Shown: positions 52,035 through 63,610 of the stretch, piece by piece
How positions within the stretch are numbered: the first letter of the stretch is position 1
Layout: every line of letters begins with the position of its first letter
Source: Vicugna vicugna
Lineage: Eukaryota
NCBI GenBank assembly: GCA_013265495.1
Contig: MU058844.1
Coordinates: forward strand, 2,955,520-3,019,519
Direction of reading: 5' to 3'
Length of the DNA: 64,000 bases
The notes under the pieces: model-generated
What the model was told of the DNA's origin: nothing
The model's database searches: none
Seen by the model: only the letters and a program-made list of their open reading frames with translations
Position numbers and translations under genes: made by a program

Positions 52035-52669
52035 GGTAGAAGAGGAAAGAGACTGGAACAGCACACATGGTCATTAGGATGTTGGCAACATCATTCATTC
52101 CTGTACCGTGTGTTTATTGACTTGTTGCTATGTAAGTGCCAGAATCTAAGCTGGAAATAAAGAGAAAAGACAATAAAGTCAATGCCCTCAAAATGCTTAT
52201 TGTCGAAAAAAACCTGACAGATGTACAATTATGATAGAAGTTGACTGGAGAGCACTTTTTGTTTTTAATCAGTCAAATATGGTGAGGAAAAGTTTGGAGA
52301 AATCTTTGTCTAAGGAGTATGCAGTAGGAAATGAGGAGTGCCGCCCTCTCGTGTTTTTGTAATTCATTATTCTTATTCTTATTATCATTAACCTATTTAT
52401 TATTATAGAATATGTAGCAAGACATCAAGCTTTTGTCTTAAAACAGAGGGAAGGGAGTATGCCTTCCTTCTAGATTACTAAAATGTGACTAGGACCCAAC
52501 AGCAGAGAACATCTCTGTACTCATCGGGTGAGTTCTAAGTTCTTGGGGGCAAAAAGAACATCCTCAGCAGAGTGTTTAGTGGAAAGGTGCCTGGCCGTGG
52601 TTTCAGTAGTTGTGTGCCGTTGAGCCACTTCCCTAAGCATTGGTCTTCTCATGTCAGCCATTACATGGG

Positions 52670-52925
52670 TGTTCACTGAGCAGTCACTATGTGCCAGGCA
52701 CCATACGAGGCTCTAGGGACAGGCCAATGAACAAGGCCTGCTCCCTGTCCCCCTCTGCAAGCCAGTGGGGCATGGACTCTAAACTTAAAGTATTGTTATC
52801 ATTAATTGCATAATCACAAATGTATTAAGAGCTATAAAAAGGGGGTTTTATTGGACCATACAGTTGAGGGACCTAAGTGGAGAGAGACTCATTAGGGACA
52901 GCTGATAATTAAACTGAGTTTGAAA
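52670..52925 (-). mobile_element. L2 3' portion
   Basis: CACTGAGCAGTCACTATGTGCCAGGCAC..CTAGGGACA..TGAACAAG..TCCCTGTCC. Confidence 0.75.
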
Positions 52926-53894
52926 CAATTTTTAAAACCAGCATAATAATATTTACCTTGAAGACGCTTGTAAGGACTTTTTAAAACATAAAACTCCTGG
53001 CAAATAGTTGGTTCTCAATAGATGCTGGTTATTGGACAGTGTCGTAAAAATCTGTGTTTACATGATCAAAAGTGAAGTACTAAAGGGAGAAGAAAAAAGA
53101 TGCAGCTCTTAGCCGACATTAATATATGCCTTACTACTGTCATCATCACTGTCAATATTAAAACCTTGCACTGAGCTGTTTCATAATCATATTTTTACGT
53201 TTCCCCTGACATCTCTCAATTCAACCACTGGGGAAGCCCCTGTCTTCCTGTCTGCCTTGTTTTGGTTTTGTTTCATGCACCTTTCCTGGCAACGGGGTCC
53301 ATTTAGTTGACTGGTTACCATAGGAGCCTGCTTGCTCTGAAGGGCAGTAAGTGTTCTAGGGAAATCAGCAAACTACAGGAAAGGAAAGACTGAGTCTCTC
53401 GCCCAGATTATGAGTCAACAGGTAAATTTGATTCACTTTATTTCAAATTACTTATAGGTGGGGTCTAATCTGGGGTACAAATGGCAGTTTAAGGGTTTTA
53501 TTGCTTTAATATAGGTGTTTTGTCAAATCATTTTTATCTTTATTTGCATGGCTGTAAACAGTTTAAATAAATAAGTCTCTTGATCTCACAACTTTCTTTT
53601 ATTTGATGACTAACTTTTTTTTATTGCTTCTTAAGTGAACTTCCTGGAATTTTTAGCTTCGTTCCCATTGCGTGGGGAGTGAAAAGGAATTATAAAAGTG
53701 TGTTTGATGATGATAATCGTAAATGACATACAGAACGGGACTAAAACACAGATCTGCTCAATAGGGGGCACAGATAGGGAAAAAGACATTGAACATCTGT
53801 ATCCATGAGGCTTTCATATGCACAATAAAGAGCTGAACTTAAGGAACATGGATTTCAATTGAGCAAATTATTTCATTCCTTTGTGGAGATGGGA

Positions 53895-54030
53895 AACTAA
53901 CATATACTTTGTCAAGCACATATTATTTCATTTAAAACTCCCAGTAACCCTTTGAAGTCATATTACAGTTATTCTCATTTTTTGAATGAGGAAATTATAG
54001 GTCCCAGAAAGAGTAAGTGCTTTTTACAAG
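53895..54030 (-). mobile_element. MIR SINE
   Basis: TTCATTTAA..AACCCTTTGAAG..TTCTCATTTTTTGAATGAGGAAA. Confidence 0.65.
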
Positions 54031-55021
54031 GACCTTAAATCCCTCAAGAACAGAAAAACAGTAATTTTATTATTTCAGTTGAGCTTATAAAGTAAAATAA
54101 AATTTAAACAGTTTCTAGTGACTAATAAAAAGTGATTTTTAAAAACACAAAGAGGACAACTGTGTCATCCATTGCACCATAAAAGCAAAGTTACATATAC
54201 ATAAAGACAAGAGTATGAAAAACGGGGGCTTTTGTTCTGTTGTTTGTTGCAAAGAGAGTACTTATTCCATTGGCAAAAACAGCCCTGCACTTTCATTCAG
54301 TGGAAAGAAATCAGAAAGTTCTCTGGAACAGGTTTGGGCTTAGTGGAAAATCATGTCCTGGTACAGAATAGCCACTGTAGATAAATAACCATTTATAGCC
54401 TTTTATCTTAGTTAAGCTGTTATCTTTCAGTCTGTTAAAGATAATTAAGGTTTGCTGAGGAGCTTTTTAAAGAAAACCCTCGGCCTCTTATGAAATCTAT
54501 CTCCCTAAGCTTTGCTCAGGGGTTTGCGGGCATTCTGTCAATATCTTGGGAAGAACATCTCTGAAAAGTAGACTGTTAACCCTGAGTAGCATCTCCCTCT
54601 GTTGAATTATATTTTCTGAACCTGAACTACAGGCAGGGCTTGAAAGCAAGAGGATGTCCCTGCAGAGAATTTCTGGGCTTTCCATCACTGAAATCTAGAG
54701 ATATGCTTTAGGAAAAGGCAGAAGTGAGGCATCCAAATCAATTTAACACTTAATGGGAAAAGTGCAGAACTACTGGAACAAAACAGCCAATAAAGCACTA
54801 GATTACAAACTTTCTGCACGGGGAAATGGCCTCAAGATAGGTGAGCTGAAAAGTCACGTATTAAAATCCTTCCCTGAGATTCCTAAAATTAAACTTTACT
54901 CCATTGCTAACTATTTTATCCTCCAGAGAAGAGTTTTAAGGGTTTACTCACTCTTGGGTTTTGCGATTAGAGAATTGAAATAAAAAATTAAATACAGGAG
55001 AACTGCATATGATAATATTTC

Positions 55022-55750
55022 TTTTTTATTGTGTTATAGTGTACATAACATAAAACCTACCATCTTAGTCATTTTTAAGTGTACAGTTCAGTGGTATTAC
55101 GTATATTCATGTTGTTGTACAAGATCAGCAACATCTATTTCCAGAATACTTTTCATCTTGTAAAACTGAAATTCAGCACTCATCAAACAACTCCCCACAG
55201 CCTCTAGCAACCACCATTCTACTTTCTTCCTTCTTTTCGTTTATCTCTTCTTTTTCCTCAGGTCCCACCCCTTGGTAACCACTATTCTAGTCTCTGTTAC
55301 TATGCGGCTTTGTTGTTGTTGTTGTTGTTTTTAACATACACCATATTAAAGTGAGAACAGAGAGTATTTGTCCTCCTGTGTCTGGCTTATCTCACTTAGC
55401 ATAACACCCTCTAGATTCATCCATGTTATCACAATAGGCAGGATTTCTTTCTTTTGTTAAGGCTGAATGATATTCTATTATATAAAAACATATGTAATTC
55501 CATTGTATGTATATATACACCATATTTTCTTTTTTATATATGTTTATTGAAGTACAGTCAGTTTACAGTGTTGTGTCAATTTCTGGTGTACAGCATCATG
55601 CTTCAGTCATATATGAACAAATTTATGGTTACCAGGTGGAGAAAGGGGTGGGAAGGGATAAATTGGGAGTTCAAGATTTGCAGATACTAACTAACATATA
55701 TAAAATAAACAAGTTTATACCACATTTTCTTTTTGCATTCATCCATCAGT
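55022..55750 (-). mobile_element. Old L1 3' end fragments (L1MB/L1MA-like), host of a younger insertion
   Basis: TTTTAAGTGTACAGTTCAGTGGTATT..; CTGGCTTATCTCACTTAGCATAA..AGATTCATCCATGTT..GGCTGAATGATATTC..; host resumes at CATTCATCCATC after the insert. Confidence 0.9.
55535..55718 (-). mobile_element. Short, younger cetartiodactyl/camelid-type L1 insertion with 5' inversion
   Basis: Antisense L1 terminus TTTATTGAAGTACAGTCAGTTTACAG..TCTGGTGTACAGC (55535-55618) joined to sense L1 3' UTR TTATGGTTACCAG..GGGATAAATTGGGAGTT (55619-55716); TSD ACCA(T/C)ATTTTCTTTTT at 55519-55534 and 55719-55734. Confidence 0.85.
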
Positions 55751-56224
55751 AGTCTTTCATACCACAAAATGCTTTTAATTTTTATAATGGCATTATGGTA
55801 TCGACTATCAATATTCATATTAGCAATGAGTATAAATGACTGAAGTTTCCCCTAGCAAAATATTTACCAGCTCTTCTCTGTATATAACAGAATTCCACCT
55901 GCACTGATAAATGGAGATGTCACAAACTAGAAGGTGCACAACCTAGGAGAGTATGGTTGGGGAGATCTTAGGATCAAGTACAATTATTAAACAGGCAGAA
56001 CCAAAAGGCTCCGTGCCTATTCACACTTGGTAAATAGTCCCAATATAAACAGTTAGGCCCAGAATTCTGTGGTTTCCCCGTATCTTGCCTACTCTGTGCA
56101 GTTCACTCTAAATCATTGTTTCAAAAAAAAAAAAATCCTAGTGATTCATTCTCCTCTATTATTAATAGAAAGCATTTCCACAGCAAAGTGGACTTTATTT
56201 TCCCTTCCACTCTCAGTCAGCACG

Positions 56225-56395
56225 GAGTAAGAGACAAGGTCAGGAGCCTCCTTGCTAATCCTTCTGATTCAAATCACCTCCAAGACCTTGAGTAAGTCAT
56301 TTCTCATGTGAGCCTTCCTTCCTTCATCTGTAGAGTGTGGGGGCTGAGCAGGAAGATTTCTAAAGTCCCTTCCAACTTGAAGATACTATGATTAT
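56225..56395 (+). mobile_element. MIR3/MIRc-like SINE
   Basis: GACCTTGAGTAAGTCATTT..TGAGCCT..TTCCTTCATCTGTA..TTTCTAAAGTCCCTTCCAAC..CTATGATT. Confidence 0.75.
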
Positions 56396-57992
56396 ATAGA
56401 GTTGTTCCCAGGTGCCTGGCAAAACTCCTAGTTTCTGTCTCTGTTGTTTCCCAATGTACATTTAAATTACAGGTCCCTCAAGTAAATTTCAAGAAGTCTC
56501 CTTACCCAGGCTTAATTGCAAGTTTTAAAAGGGGGAAGGGGAGAACCCACACAAAGAGTTGTTGAGAGTGCAGAGATTGCTACCAGGATTAGAATCAGCA
56601 CTTTTGTCTTGCCAGAAGTCCTCTCTGAAGCCACACGGGCCAGTCCTCTTAGGACAAGAGGCAGGTTCAGCTGGAATTGTCACCCCACCCTAACAATGGT
56701 GGAAATTGGAAGACATAGTTAAGTTGCTATCACATGAAGTTGAAGTTTTCTGTCCTTTATCCAGTATTACTGGCATCTCTTGCTAGGGGGAAAAATCAGA
56801 AACAGTCAACTTTTAAGCAGGAAAAAACAAAGTGTTCACTGAAACCCAAGAAGCATCTACTGCTGGCCCTCAATATTCTCCAGGCCCAGAGCCGTACATA
56901 CTAAGAGATCCAAAGGCCCCAAATCCACATACTCTGGACATCCTGTCCCACATCATATCAAACATAGTAACATTCATCGATACTTCATCCTGAATGTAAC
57001 ATCTTTCTTTCAACTGCAAAAGGATGTTTATCATCTTTTTTTTGAAATTGTTTTAGTCTGAGGTTTCCTTGTCTTATTTTGCAGCCTATAACTTCTATTT
57101 TCAGATCTTAACATCTCTTTGCCTTTTTAAATGTTAAACACCTCTGGTGCCCAGTGAATTAAAGTTTCCGTGATTCATCCCATGTTCAACATTCTGAAAA
57201 CACAACAGGTCATTAGAACTGGGCCCCATAGTAAAGGCACAACCTGTGATGCCTCCTCCAGATACCTCACAGGCCAGCCCCATCCCCTGAACATAATTGT
57301 ACTCTGGAGTTTCCAAAGCCAAATCAGGCAGGGTTATGATTTGAGGCCTGGGCCCTAATCTCTTGGATAACCAAATTCAGGAAAGAAACAGAAGTAAATG
57401 AAAGTTTCCCTTCAGAATATCAGTTTGAAGACCATTCAAAAATGGCCTTGGGACTTTATACCTTCCTAAAAGTTGGTTCTTCCTGTCTCTTTATAGTCTG
57501 ACCTTTGAAATGGAGCTTTGCCCGTATGCTGTGGTTGTATTAAAATGGTGCTTGCTTCAGGTTCCAACGATGGGAGCTTTCAGGGATAACAACCAGGCAC
57601 CTGGGAAGGCAGGGATTGTAAACCAGAAACTTTGGACTGTACTTGGCATTGGAAAGATAATCAGTCTGCCAGAACAGATATCTTCCATATTCCAATACCT
57701 GATGTCTAATCTAGAAAACATTCTAATTGTTCTTGTTTTCTTCCATGACAAAATACAAGCTGTTGCCTCAAGAGGGGAAAAAAAATCCCAGATAATCTTG
57801 ATTACAGGGTCAAGGATCCATTTAGGACAGCAACTCTTATTCAGTGCTATTTGGGACATCAAGAATGCATTTCAGTAAAGCTCTCCTTGAGCATTTCAAA
57901 ACAAAATCGCCTTTAGCCTTCATGAAATGCACCAAGTCAATAGAGTCCATTAATAACTGAAACAACAAACCTGTTGAAGAATATGCAATTTA

Positions 57993-58201
57993 ATACATAC
58001 ATTACTGTATATATAATAGATAAACAACAAGGACCTACTGTATAAAGCACGAGGAGCTATATTCAATTTCTTGTAATAGCATATAATGGAAAAGAATCTG
58101 AAAGGAAAATATTTGTATGTGTATATATGTATAACTGAATCACTTTGCTGTACACCTGAAATTAACACTGTAAATCAACTACATTTCAATAAATTTTTTA
58201 A
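57993..58201 (+). mobile_element. 5'-truncated cetartiodactyl-type L1 3' end
   Basis: ATAGATAAACAACAAGGACCTACTGTATA..ATAATGGAAAAGAATCTGAA..ATAACTGAATCACTTTGCTGTACACCTGAAA..TCAATAAA; TSD AAGAATAT(G/T)CA(A/G)TTTA at 57977-57992 and 58202-58217. Confidence 0.9.
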
Positions 58202-58879
58202 AAGAATATTCAGTTTATAATCATACGTATGAGAAACTTCTCCTTAAAATGGAGAAGTAAATCTGCTAGTAAATTCTACACTGTCCCCAAATCTGCCATG
58301 GCCAAGGCTTGTTAGCACTCAGAAATGCCCTAGGTACTTAGAGATATTCTGAGGTAAATAGATCTTTCCCTAATCCACAACCAGAACACATGCCTGACAG
58401 TGGAACAGAATATGTAGAATCCATACTTTCCTGAAATATCTAAAACACATGATCTCCATCCCAGAGAGGATGGCTCTAGGCAATGACTTTTGGGGGCTAG
58501 AGAATAAAATGCCTTCCACAGTCACATTCAATTCCCACTTATAAATCTGCCTTATTCCCTTTTCCAGAGTGGAGAGGAATGGCAGAGAGGTAAGGGCATT
58601 GGGAAGGGACTTTGCCAGCCCACAGAGCTCTTCTCTTCTTCTATGTGGAGTACTCACTGCAAAGAGAGGTGATTTGTGAAAGAAACTAAACAAACTTCAG
58701 TTATTTCTAGTTCTTGTGCCTACTCTTGAGAGGAAAGTCACAGTACATATATCCATTTCTGTGTTTAGAAGCATGTTGCCTGGCCTTTTCCAGAGTTGTG
58801 TAGTAGTCCATAGGAAAAAATAATAGAAACTTCGTCTTTTTTTCCTCCCCTTTTACCGTCTATCCCATATGGTCCTGCT

Positions 58880-59300
58880 GACCTGATTGGACATGGGGCC
58901 TGTCTGGCAAACATGATTCCCAGGTGTCTCCCACCCCCTCTAGTCTTGATCAGTCCTGGAATGGTGTCTGAGATCCCACAAGATACGGCTTCAGGGGAAC
59001 TAGCAACTCTGTTCTGGAGAGGAAGGACCAGAGGTGTCCCCCAGAAGTCCCTGCCTGTGGCCCTACCTATCCCTGCAGGACTCAGACCCCGGTTAACGAC
59101 CCCAGGGAGCCTGGATGCCAAAGCGGCAGAGTGGGCGCATGCGCAGTTCGCACCGGCCGCTCGTGCACTCAGGCATCCGGGAACTGCACACCTGTGCGAA
59201 CAGGTGCGTCAGCTCAGTGCGCCAGGCCGTCTTCCTGGGGCAAGCGGTTACCCACGCTGCACTCCTGACGCCAAGTGGGGAAGTTCGTTTGAGCCAGACC
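58880..59300 (+). promoter_or_regulatory. Small CpG-island promoter
   Basis: About 18 CpGs in 59090-59290 in an otherwise CpG-depleted window; NRF1 palindrome GCGCATGCGC 59135-59144; inverted CCAAT box CTGATTGG 58883-58890; ETS-like CATCCGG 59174-59180. Confidence 0.8.
59140..59203 (+). other. Putative non-coding first exon (start uncertain) ending at donor CAG|GTGCGT
   Basis: Donor-like site directly downstream of the NRF1 element inside the CpG island. Confidence 0.45.
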
Positions 59301-59399
59301 CTTTGTGGTCCTGTGCCAGGAAGATACATAAGGCTTTTGTGGGAGTTGGGTCTCCGAAGTGTCTCTTCATCAGGAGACCTCCTGGCACTGCTAAGAAAT

Positions 59400-59525
59400 T
59401 TCTAGAATTTAGAGGTGACTGGCCCAACTTCCCTTCTTCGTGAGGACTTTTTTTTTTTCCCCAACTGGAAACAAGTCCCTCTCATCCTTGATTTAATAGC
59501 AAACAGATAGCTCTCTTCGTATCTG
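59400..59525 (+). other. Putative alternative 5' exon (start uncertain) ending at donor CTG|GTGAGT
   Basis: Near-consensus 5' splice site, GT at 59526, about 0.3 kb downstream of the island. Confidence 0.4.
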
Positions 59526-60269
59526 GTGAGTTCTTTTTAAATCTTTGTTACAGTCTTATGCGGGAGTTGCTGATTGGGTGATATATTAACTGTACCACCT
59601 CTTTTCTACTAATTGTAAGTTGGATTGAGCAAAATTCCCATAAAAGCAAAACACTATGGTCCAGAGTATTACAGTTTTCAAGTAGCCTATGACAAAAAAG
59701 CAGGCAAGAATAGTCTCTAAGGAGAGGCCTATATTGGAAGAAAATTGAGTTAGGTGGCTTTTTAGGATTTCTATTGAATTTTAAGAACTTTCTGATTTGT
59801 TTTGCTCTTAGAAAGGGCCCATCCACTGTCCTTTGGAAGCATATTATGTCATCTCTAACCATGTCCTCCATGGTTAGCATTTTTGAGAGAGTTTAATTTT
59901 TAAGTGGAGTAGGGAGCTTACTGCTGGATCTGTTTTTAAAGCCTGTTAGGTCTTTCTGGACCTGACTAATATAAAAAGTTTAGCTTTTTGTTCTGGCTTG
60001 TAAGTAAAACTGCATAGAATCTCTCATTTTAATTATAGTTTGTCTTACTCATTAAGAAATTGAGGCTCACGTTACAAAAGGACCGGCTACACTGCTACTT
60101 AGTGGCAAGAGACTTAATTTCGGGACTTCTTTCCATTGCATGGTGATACTTTGATATAGTTTAGTAATTTCTATTAATTGATTAGATCTTTGGAGGCAAC
60201 TGAAAGGTCTTCTAGTGAAGCTATTCCTTTTATCCTCTAATGAGGTGTTTGACAGTCCTGAAATTAATC

Positions 60270-60390
60270 ACCCATTTATTCATTCAACATACACTGCTAA
60301 ACCTAGAGATTCTAAGTGGCTAAGGAGGGGAGTACAGTACATGAGATGTGGTCTCACCCTCAAGAAGGTTGTAGTCTGGCAGGGAAGATA
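60270..60390 (-). mobile_element. L2 3' end fragment
   Basis: CATTTATTCATTCAACA..TGGTCTCACCCTCAAGAAGGTTGTAGTCTGGCAGGGAAGA. Confidence 0.65.
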
Positions 60391-60408
60391 ACATACCTTG
60401 GCATTTCT

Positions 60409-60635
60409 CAGGGCTCTTACCCATGAGATACAATGGGTACTGTCTAGAGCCCATGAAATTTTTTTGATTTCAATGTCTTTTTTCAAATCAAAAAAAGAGC
60501 TGAATACATCCAGTCTGGATTACATTTGTCTTTATACACAGTCATAAAAATATCATTTTTATCATTTTCTATTGGAGAAAGAGTCCTACAAAGGCAAAAG
60601 TGCCCAACACCCATGAAAGTCATATTATGGCTCTG
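60409..60635 (+). mobile_element. hAT-Tip100 MITE (ORSL-like)
   Basis: CAGGGC...GCTCTG ends; ATCCAGTCTGGATTACATTTGTCTTTATAC; AAGGCAAAAGTGCC..CCCATGAAAGTCATA. Confidence 0.65.
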
Positions 60636-60939
60636 GAAATGTTACCCAAACAAAGAAAGCTGAATCTTCTTCACCCCAGTTACCATCTCAGAAGCCTTAT
60701 ATATTTACCTCTTGTCTTCACTTCTGTGGAGCACCCTTGGGAATTTTACCTTAGGCTAAAATTTCCTTTGTAAAGGTCCAGACCCAAAGATGGTTCTGCG
60801 ATTAACTGGTAAAGAGTGGTTTTCTGACCTCTGTAACCAAGAAGGCTTTCTGTACATACATCCTAGAATTAAAACACCATGGCCTTAAGTTCATGCCATT
60901 TTATGGCCTTGGCAAAGCCTCTCAAACAGACTAATTTAA

Positions 60940-61219
60940 GATTTTTCCAGACTATATGATGATCATAGATATTCGTGGAAAATAAAGGGTTCTATGACCA
61001 AATACTTTTGGGGACTGCTATGTATAACATACGCTGCTTTTGCTGATTATCAGCGAGCATATTAAATGTTATCAGAAGCCTAACTGTAAAGAAACCTGGT
61101 TAACTTTGTTTAATCCAGCATTTTCCAAATTTATTTGAACACAGAGCCCTTCTTCAAGAATGTTTATTACCATTTCATGGGAAACTAATGTGCCTTAGAA
61201 TATAATTTGAGAAATACTG
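60940..61219 (-). mobile_element. MER103C-like hAT-Charlie MITE
   Basis: AAAGGGTTCTATGACCAAATA; GTAAAGAAACCTGGTTAACTTTGTTTAATCCAGCATTTTCCAAATTTATTTGA; TTTGAGAAATACTG end. Confidence 0.7.
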
Positions 61220-61227
61220 GTTTGCAC

Positions 61228-61435
61228 CAGGCATTGGCAACCCTTTTATGTAAAGGGCCATATCATAAATATTTTAGGTTTTATGGGCCAGATACTCTTG
61301 CCAGAAGTACTCAACTGTGCAGGAAAGCAGCTACAGACATTGCGTAAACAAATGGGTGTGGCTGTGTTTTCCAATACAACTTTCAAAATAAGGGGTGGAC
61401 TGGATTTGGCCCAAGGGCCCTAGTTTGCCAACCTG
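61228..61435 (+). mobile_element. MER58A hAT-Charlie MITE
   Basis: CAGG..TTGGCAAC..TGTAAAGGGCCA..TAAATATTTTAGG..GAAAGCAGCTACAGAC..AAATGGGTGTGGCTGTG..GGATTTGGCCC..TAGTTTGCCAACC. Confidence 0.9.
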
Positions 61436-62059
61436 CGGTCTATACTTTCCACTAAAACCTTTCAGAATAGCTCTAGCTCCACCCGGAAAGGAAAGGTTCC
61501 AAAGCCATCTCACCACGTATAATAGTCAAAAACAACCAATCTACCCGGAAATTTTATTTGTAAAGTATCTTTTTGGCCTCAAACTAGTATCAGCCTAAAT
61601 AAATAGCTGCTCTTTTCATCAAAGGTCTTAAAAGTGTTTGCCAAAAGACATGAAGGATATTTACTAAAAAATGAACAGTGATTATCACAGGATGCATGAC
61701 TGTAAGGGATTTTTGTTTTCTTAGTTGCACTTTTCTGTAACACTTTTGTAATCAGAAGCAAAAACAACAAAAGTTTTTTTTTTTAGTAATCCTCCTGTAG
61801 TTCAGTATTTTTCAGGCCCTCTCGTCTTAACAATCATGTCACCTCATACTTGGTGGCACTTGGTAGTTCCTAATGCTTTATATGGCCTTTATCTCATATC
61901 CCCTCCCCAGTTACCTTTTTAACTTAAACAGGACGAGCATAGGTTCTGTTTTCAGCTTTTCTCAATCTCTTCTCCATGTTCTCACTTTCTCCTGTGGTTT
62001 AAACTTTCCCTTCTTCATGGCTGCTTTCTAAATTTATATTCCTAGATCTGATCCAGCTC

Positions 62060-62205
62060 CTCTTATCAGAATCACCTTGGAATTTGTTAAAGATGTAGCT
62101 CTCTAGTTCCACCTGAGACTGAATTAATCAAAATGCTCAAGGATAGAGCCTGGGTATATTTTCAAAAGTCCATGGGAATTTAGATGGAACTCCTGTTTGA
62201 AAGGA
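62060..62205 (-). mobile_element. MER5-family MITE fragment
   Basis: ATCAGAATCACCTTGGAATTTGTTAAAGATG..GAGCCTGGG..ATTTTCAAAAG. Confidence 0.55.
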
Positions 62206-62489
62206 AAAAAGCAAAACACAACAGAAACCCAAAACGCTTCTCTTGAGAGACTTGGTTGTTACGGTATAACATTATTTTTTCCTTGGCTTGTTTTTTGCAT
62301 GCCAGATTCTTAAAGGAAGGAATATGGCTTATTTATCTTTTCTTTTTTTTCTTACTTATCTATACATTTTATAACTAGTTACCAACTCTAATGCCAATTA
62401 ACAGACAAGATGAACCCCATTTTAATCAGCAATACAAATAAACATGCAGATATATTTGCATTTGCTCGTTCTGTTTTCTTACCTTACTT

Positions 62490-63610
62490 GTACTTTGCAA
62501 TCCATTTTGTTTGGGTTTCTTCTTCTGCCACACCACTGACATTGTTCTTTCAAAGGTCATCAACAGCCCTTTAATTGCTAAGTCCAAGAGACACATAAAT
62601 ACTCATTTTTTTGTGTTCTCTTTCCAACTTTTGACATTGATGACCATTCCTTGTTCTTGAAATGCTGCTAATTGATATTCATCTAAATACCCTACAAATA
62701 CTGCTAGTTCATAGCCCAAAGTGAGCCCAACCTCATGACCACAAATGTGCACTTCCTGCTTTGTCCTCTCTCTGTCTGAATAGCACCACCATCTACCTCG
62801 TTGCCAAACAAAATCCCAAGTGTGTACCTTAATTCACCCTTTTGCTTATTCATCCTCCACCTTATGCAATTAATTACCAATTAGTTACCCACATTTCAAA
62901 ACAAAAGACTCTAAAAACTCGAAGATTTTCCATAACTCACTTGGCAGCAAAACCTGTTCTGAAGTGATGGAGGGTTATTAATAGCCTTGATTCTTCATTT
63001 ATTATGAATATTTGTATGTTTACTCGGGTGTTATTGGCGTCTTAACTCATGCCCAGACCTCCCTGAGAGTACTATGTAATATATTTTATGTGCATCATAT
63101 TACCTTTCAAGAAACATTCAAAAACTTCTTAAATCCAAAGAAAAAAATTGGTCTCCACAAACCTCAGGGATTGTGAGCTTGAACTTCCCAAGTAGCTCTC
63201 AAGCACCTCTCATCCTCTCCATCCCCTTCCAGCTTAGATAAAGCCACTGTCATCTCTGGCTGGATTGCAGTAACAGCTCCCCAGCTACTCTCCCTGTTCT
63301 CACTCTTGCCTCCTCAAATCCGTTTTCCACCTGCAGCCAAAATAATCATTCTTTTTAAAAAAAATGCAAATCGTCTCCCTTAGTAAAACTCTTTGATGTC
63401 ATATTTTGCTTCTAGCATGAACTCCAAATTTAGAACATGGCCTAGAATTCCCCAGATGATCCAGCTCCTGCCTAAATCCCCAACCTTATTCCTCATCACT
63501 TTTTACCCTCAACTCAGCAGTATAAATGCCTTCTAGTTCCCCCACGTCCTGCTGTCTTAATGTTTAGTCTTGCAGTTGGACTCATAAATATTTGTTGAAT
63601 GAATAAACAA
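62490..63610 (+). mobile_element. L2 LINE fragments, interrupted by MER96B
   Basis: CACCACTGACATTGTTCTTTCAAAGGTCATCAA..TTGCTAAGTCCAA; CTGGATTGCAGTAACAGCTCC..; tail ATAAATATTTGTTGAATGAATAAA. Confidence 0.75.
62885..63181. mobile_element. MER96B-like DNA transposon
   Basis: CATAACTCACTTGGCAGCAAAACCTG..GCCCAGACC..TGCATCATATTACCTTTC..GGGATTGTG matches the recalled MER96B consensus. Confidence 0.7.

Noticed and set aside
57134..57862. Minus-strand peptides with IRYWN and GNFN, reminiscent of APE endonuclease motifs
   Set aside because: Only 2-4 residue matches in separate ORFs, without the other motifs (QET, SDH); not supportable without an HMM search
58864..58873. CArG/SRF box near the promoter (CCCATATGGT)
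   Set aside because: Only four A/T between CC and GG, so it does not fit CC(A/T)6GG
58913..59443. 176-aa ORF across the CpG island
   Set aside because: GC-rich DNA is depleted of stop codons; there is no recognisable domain, and the ORF spans the promoter motifs and a splice donor
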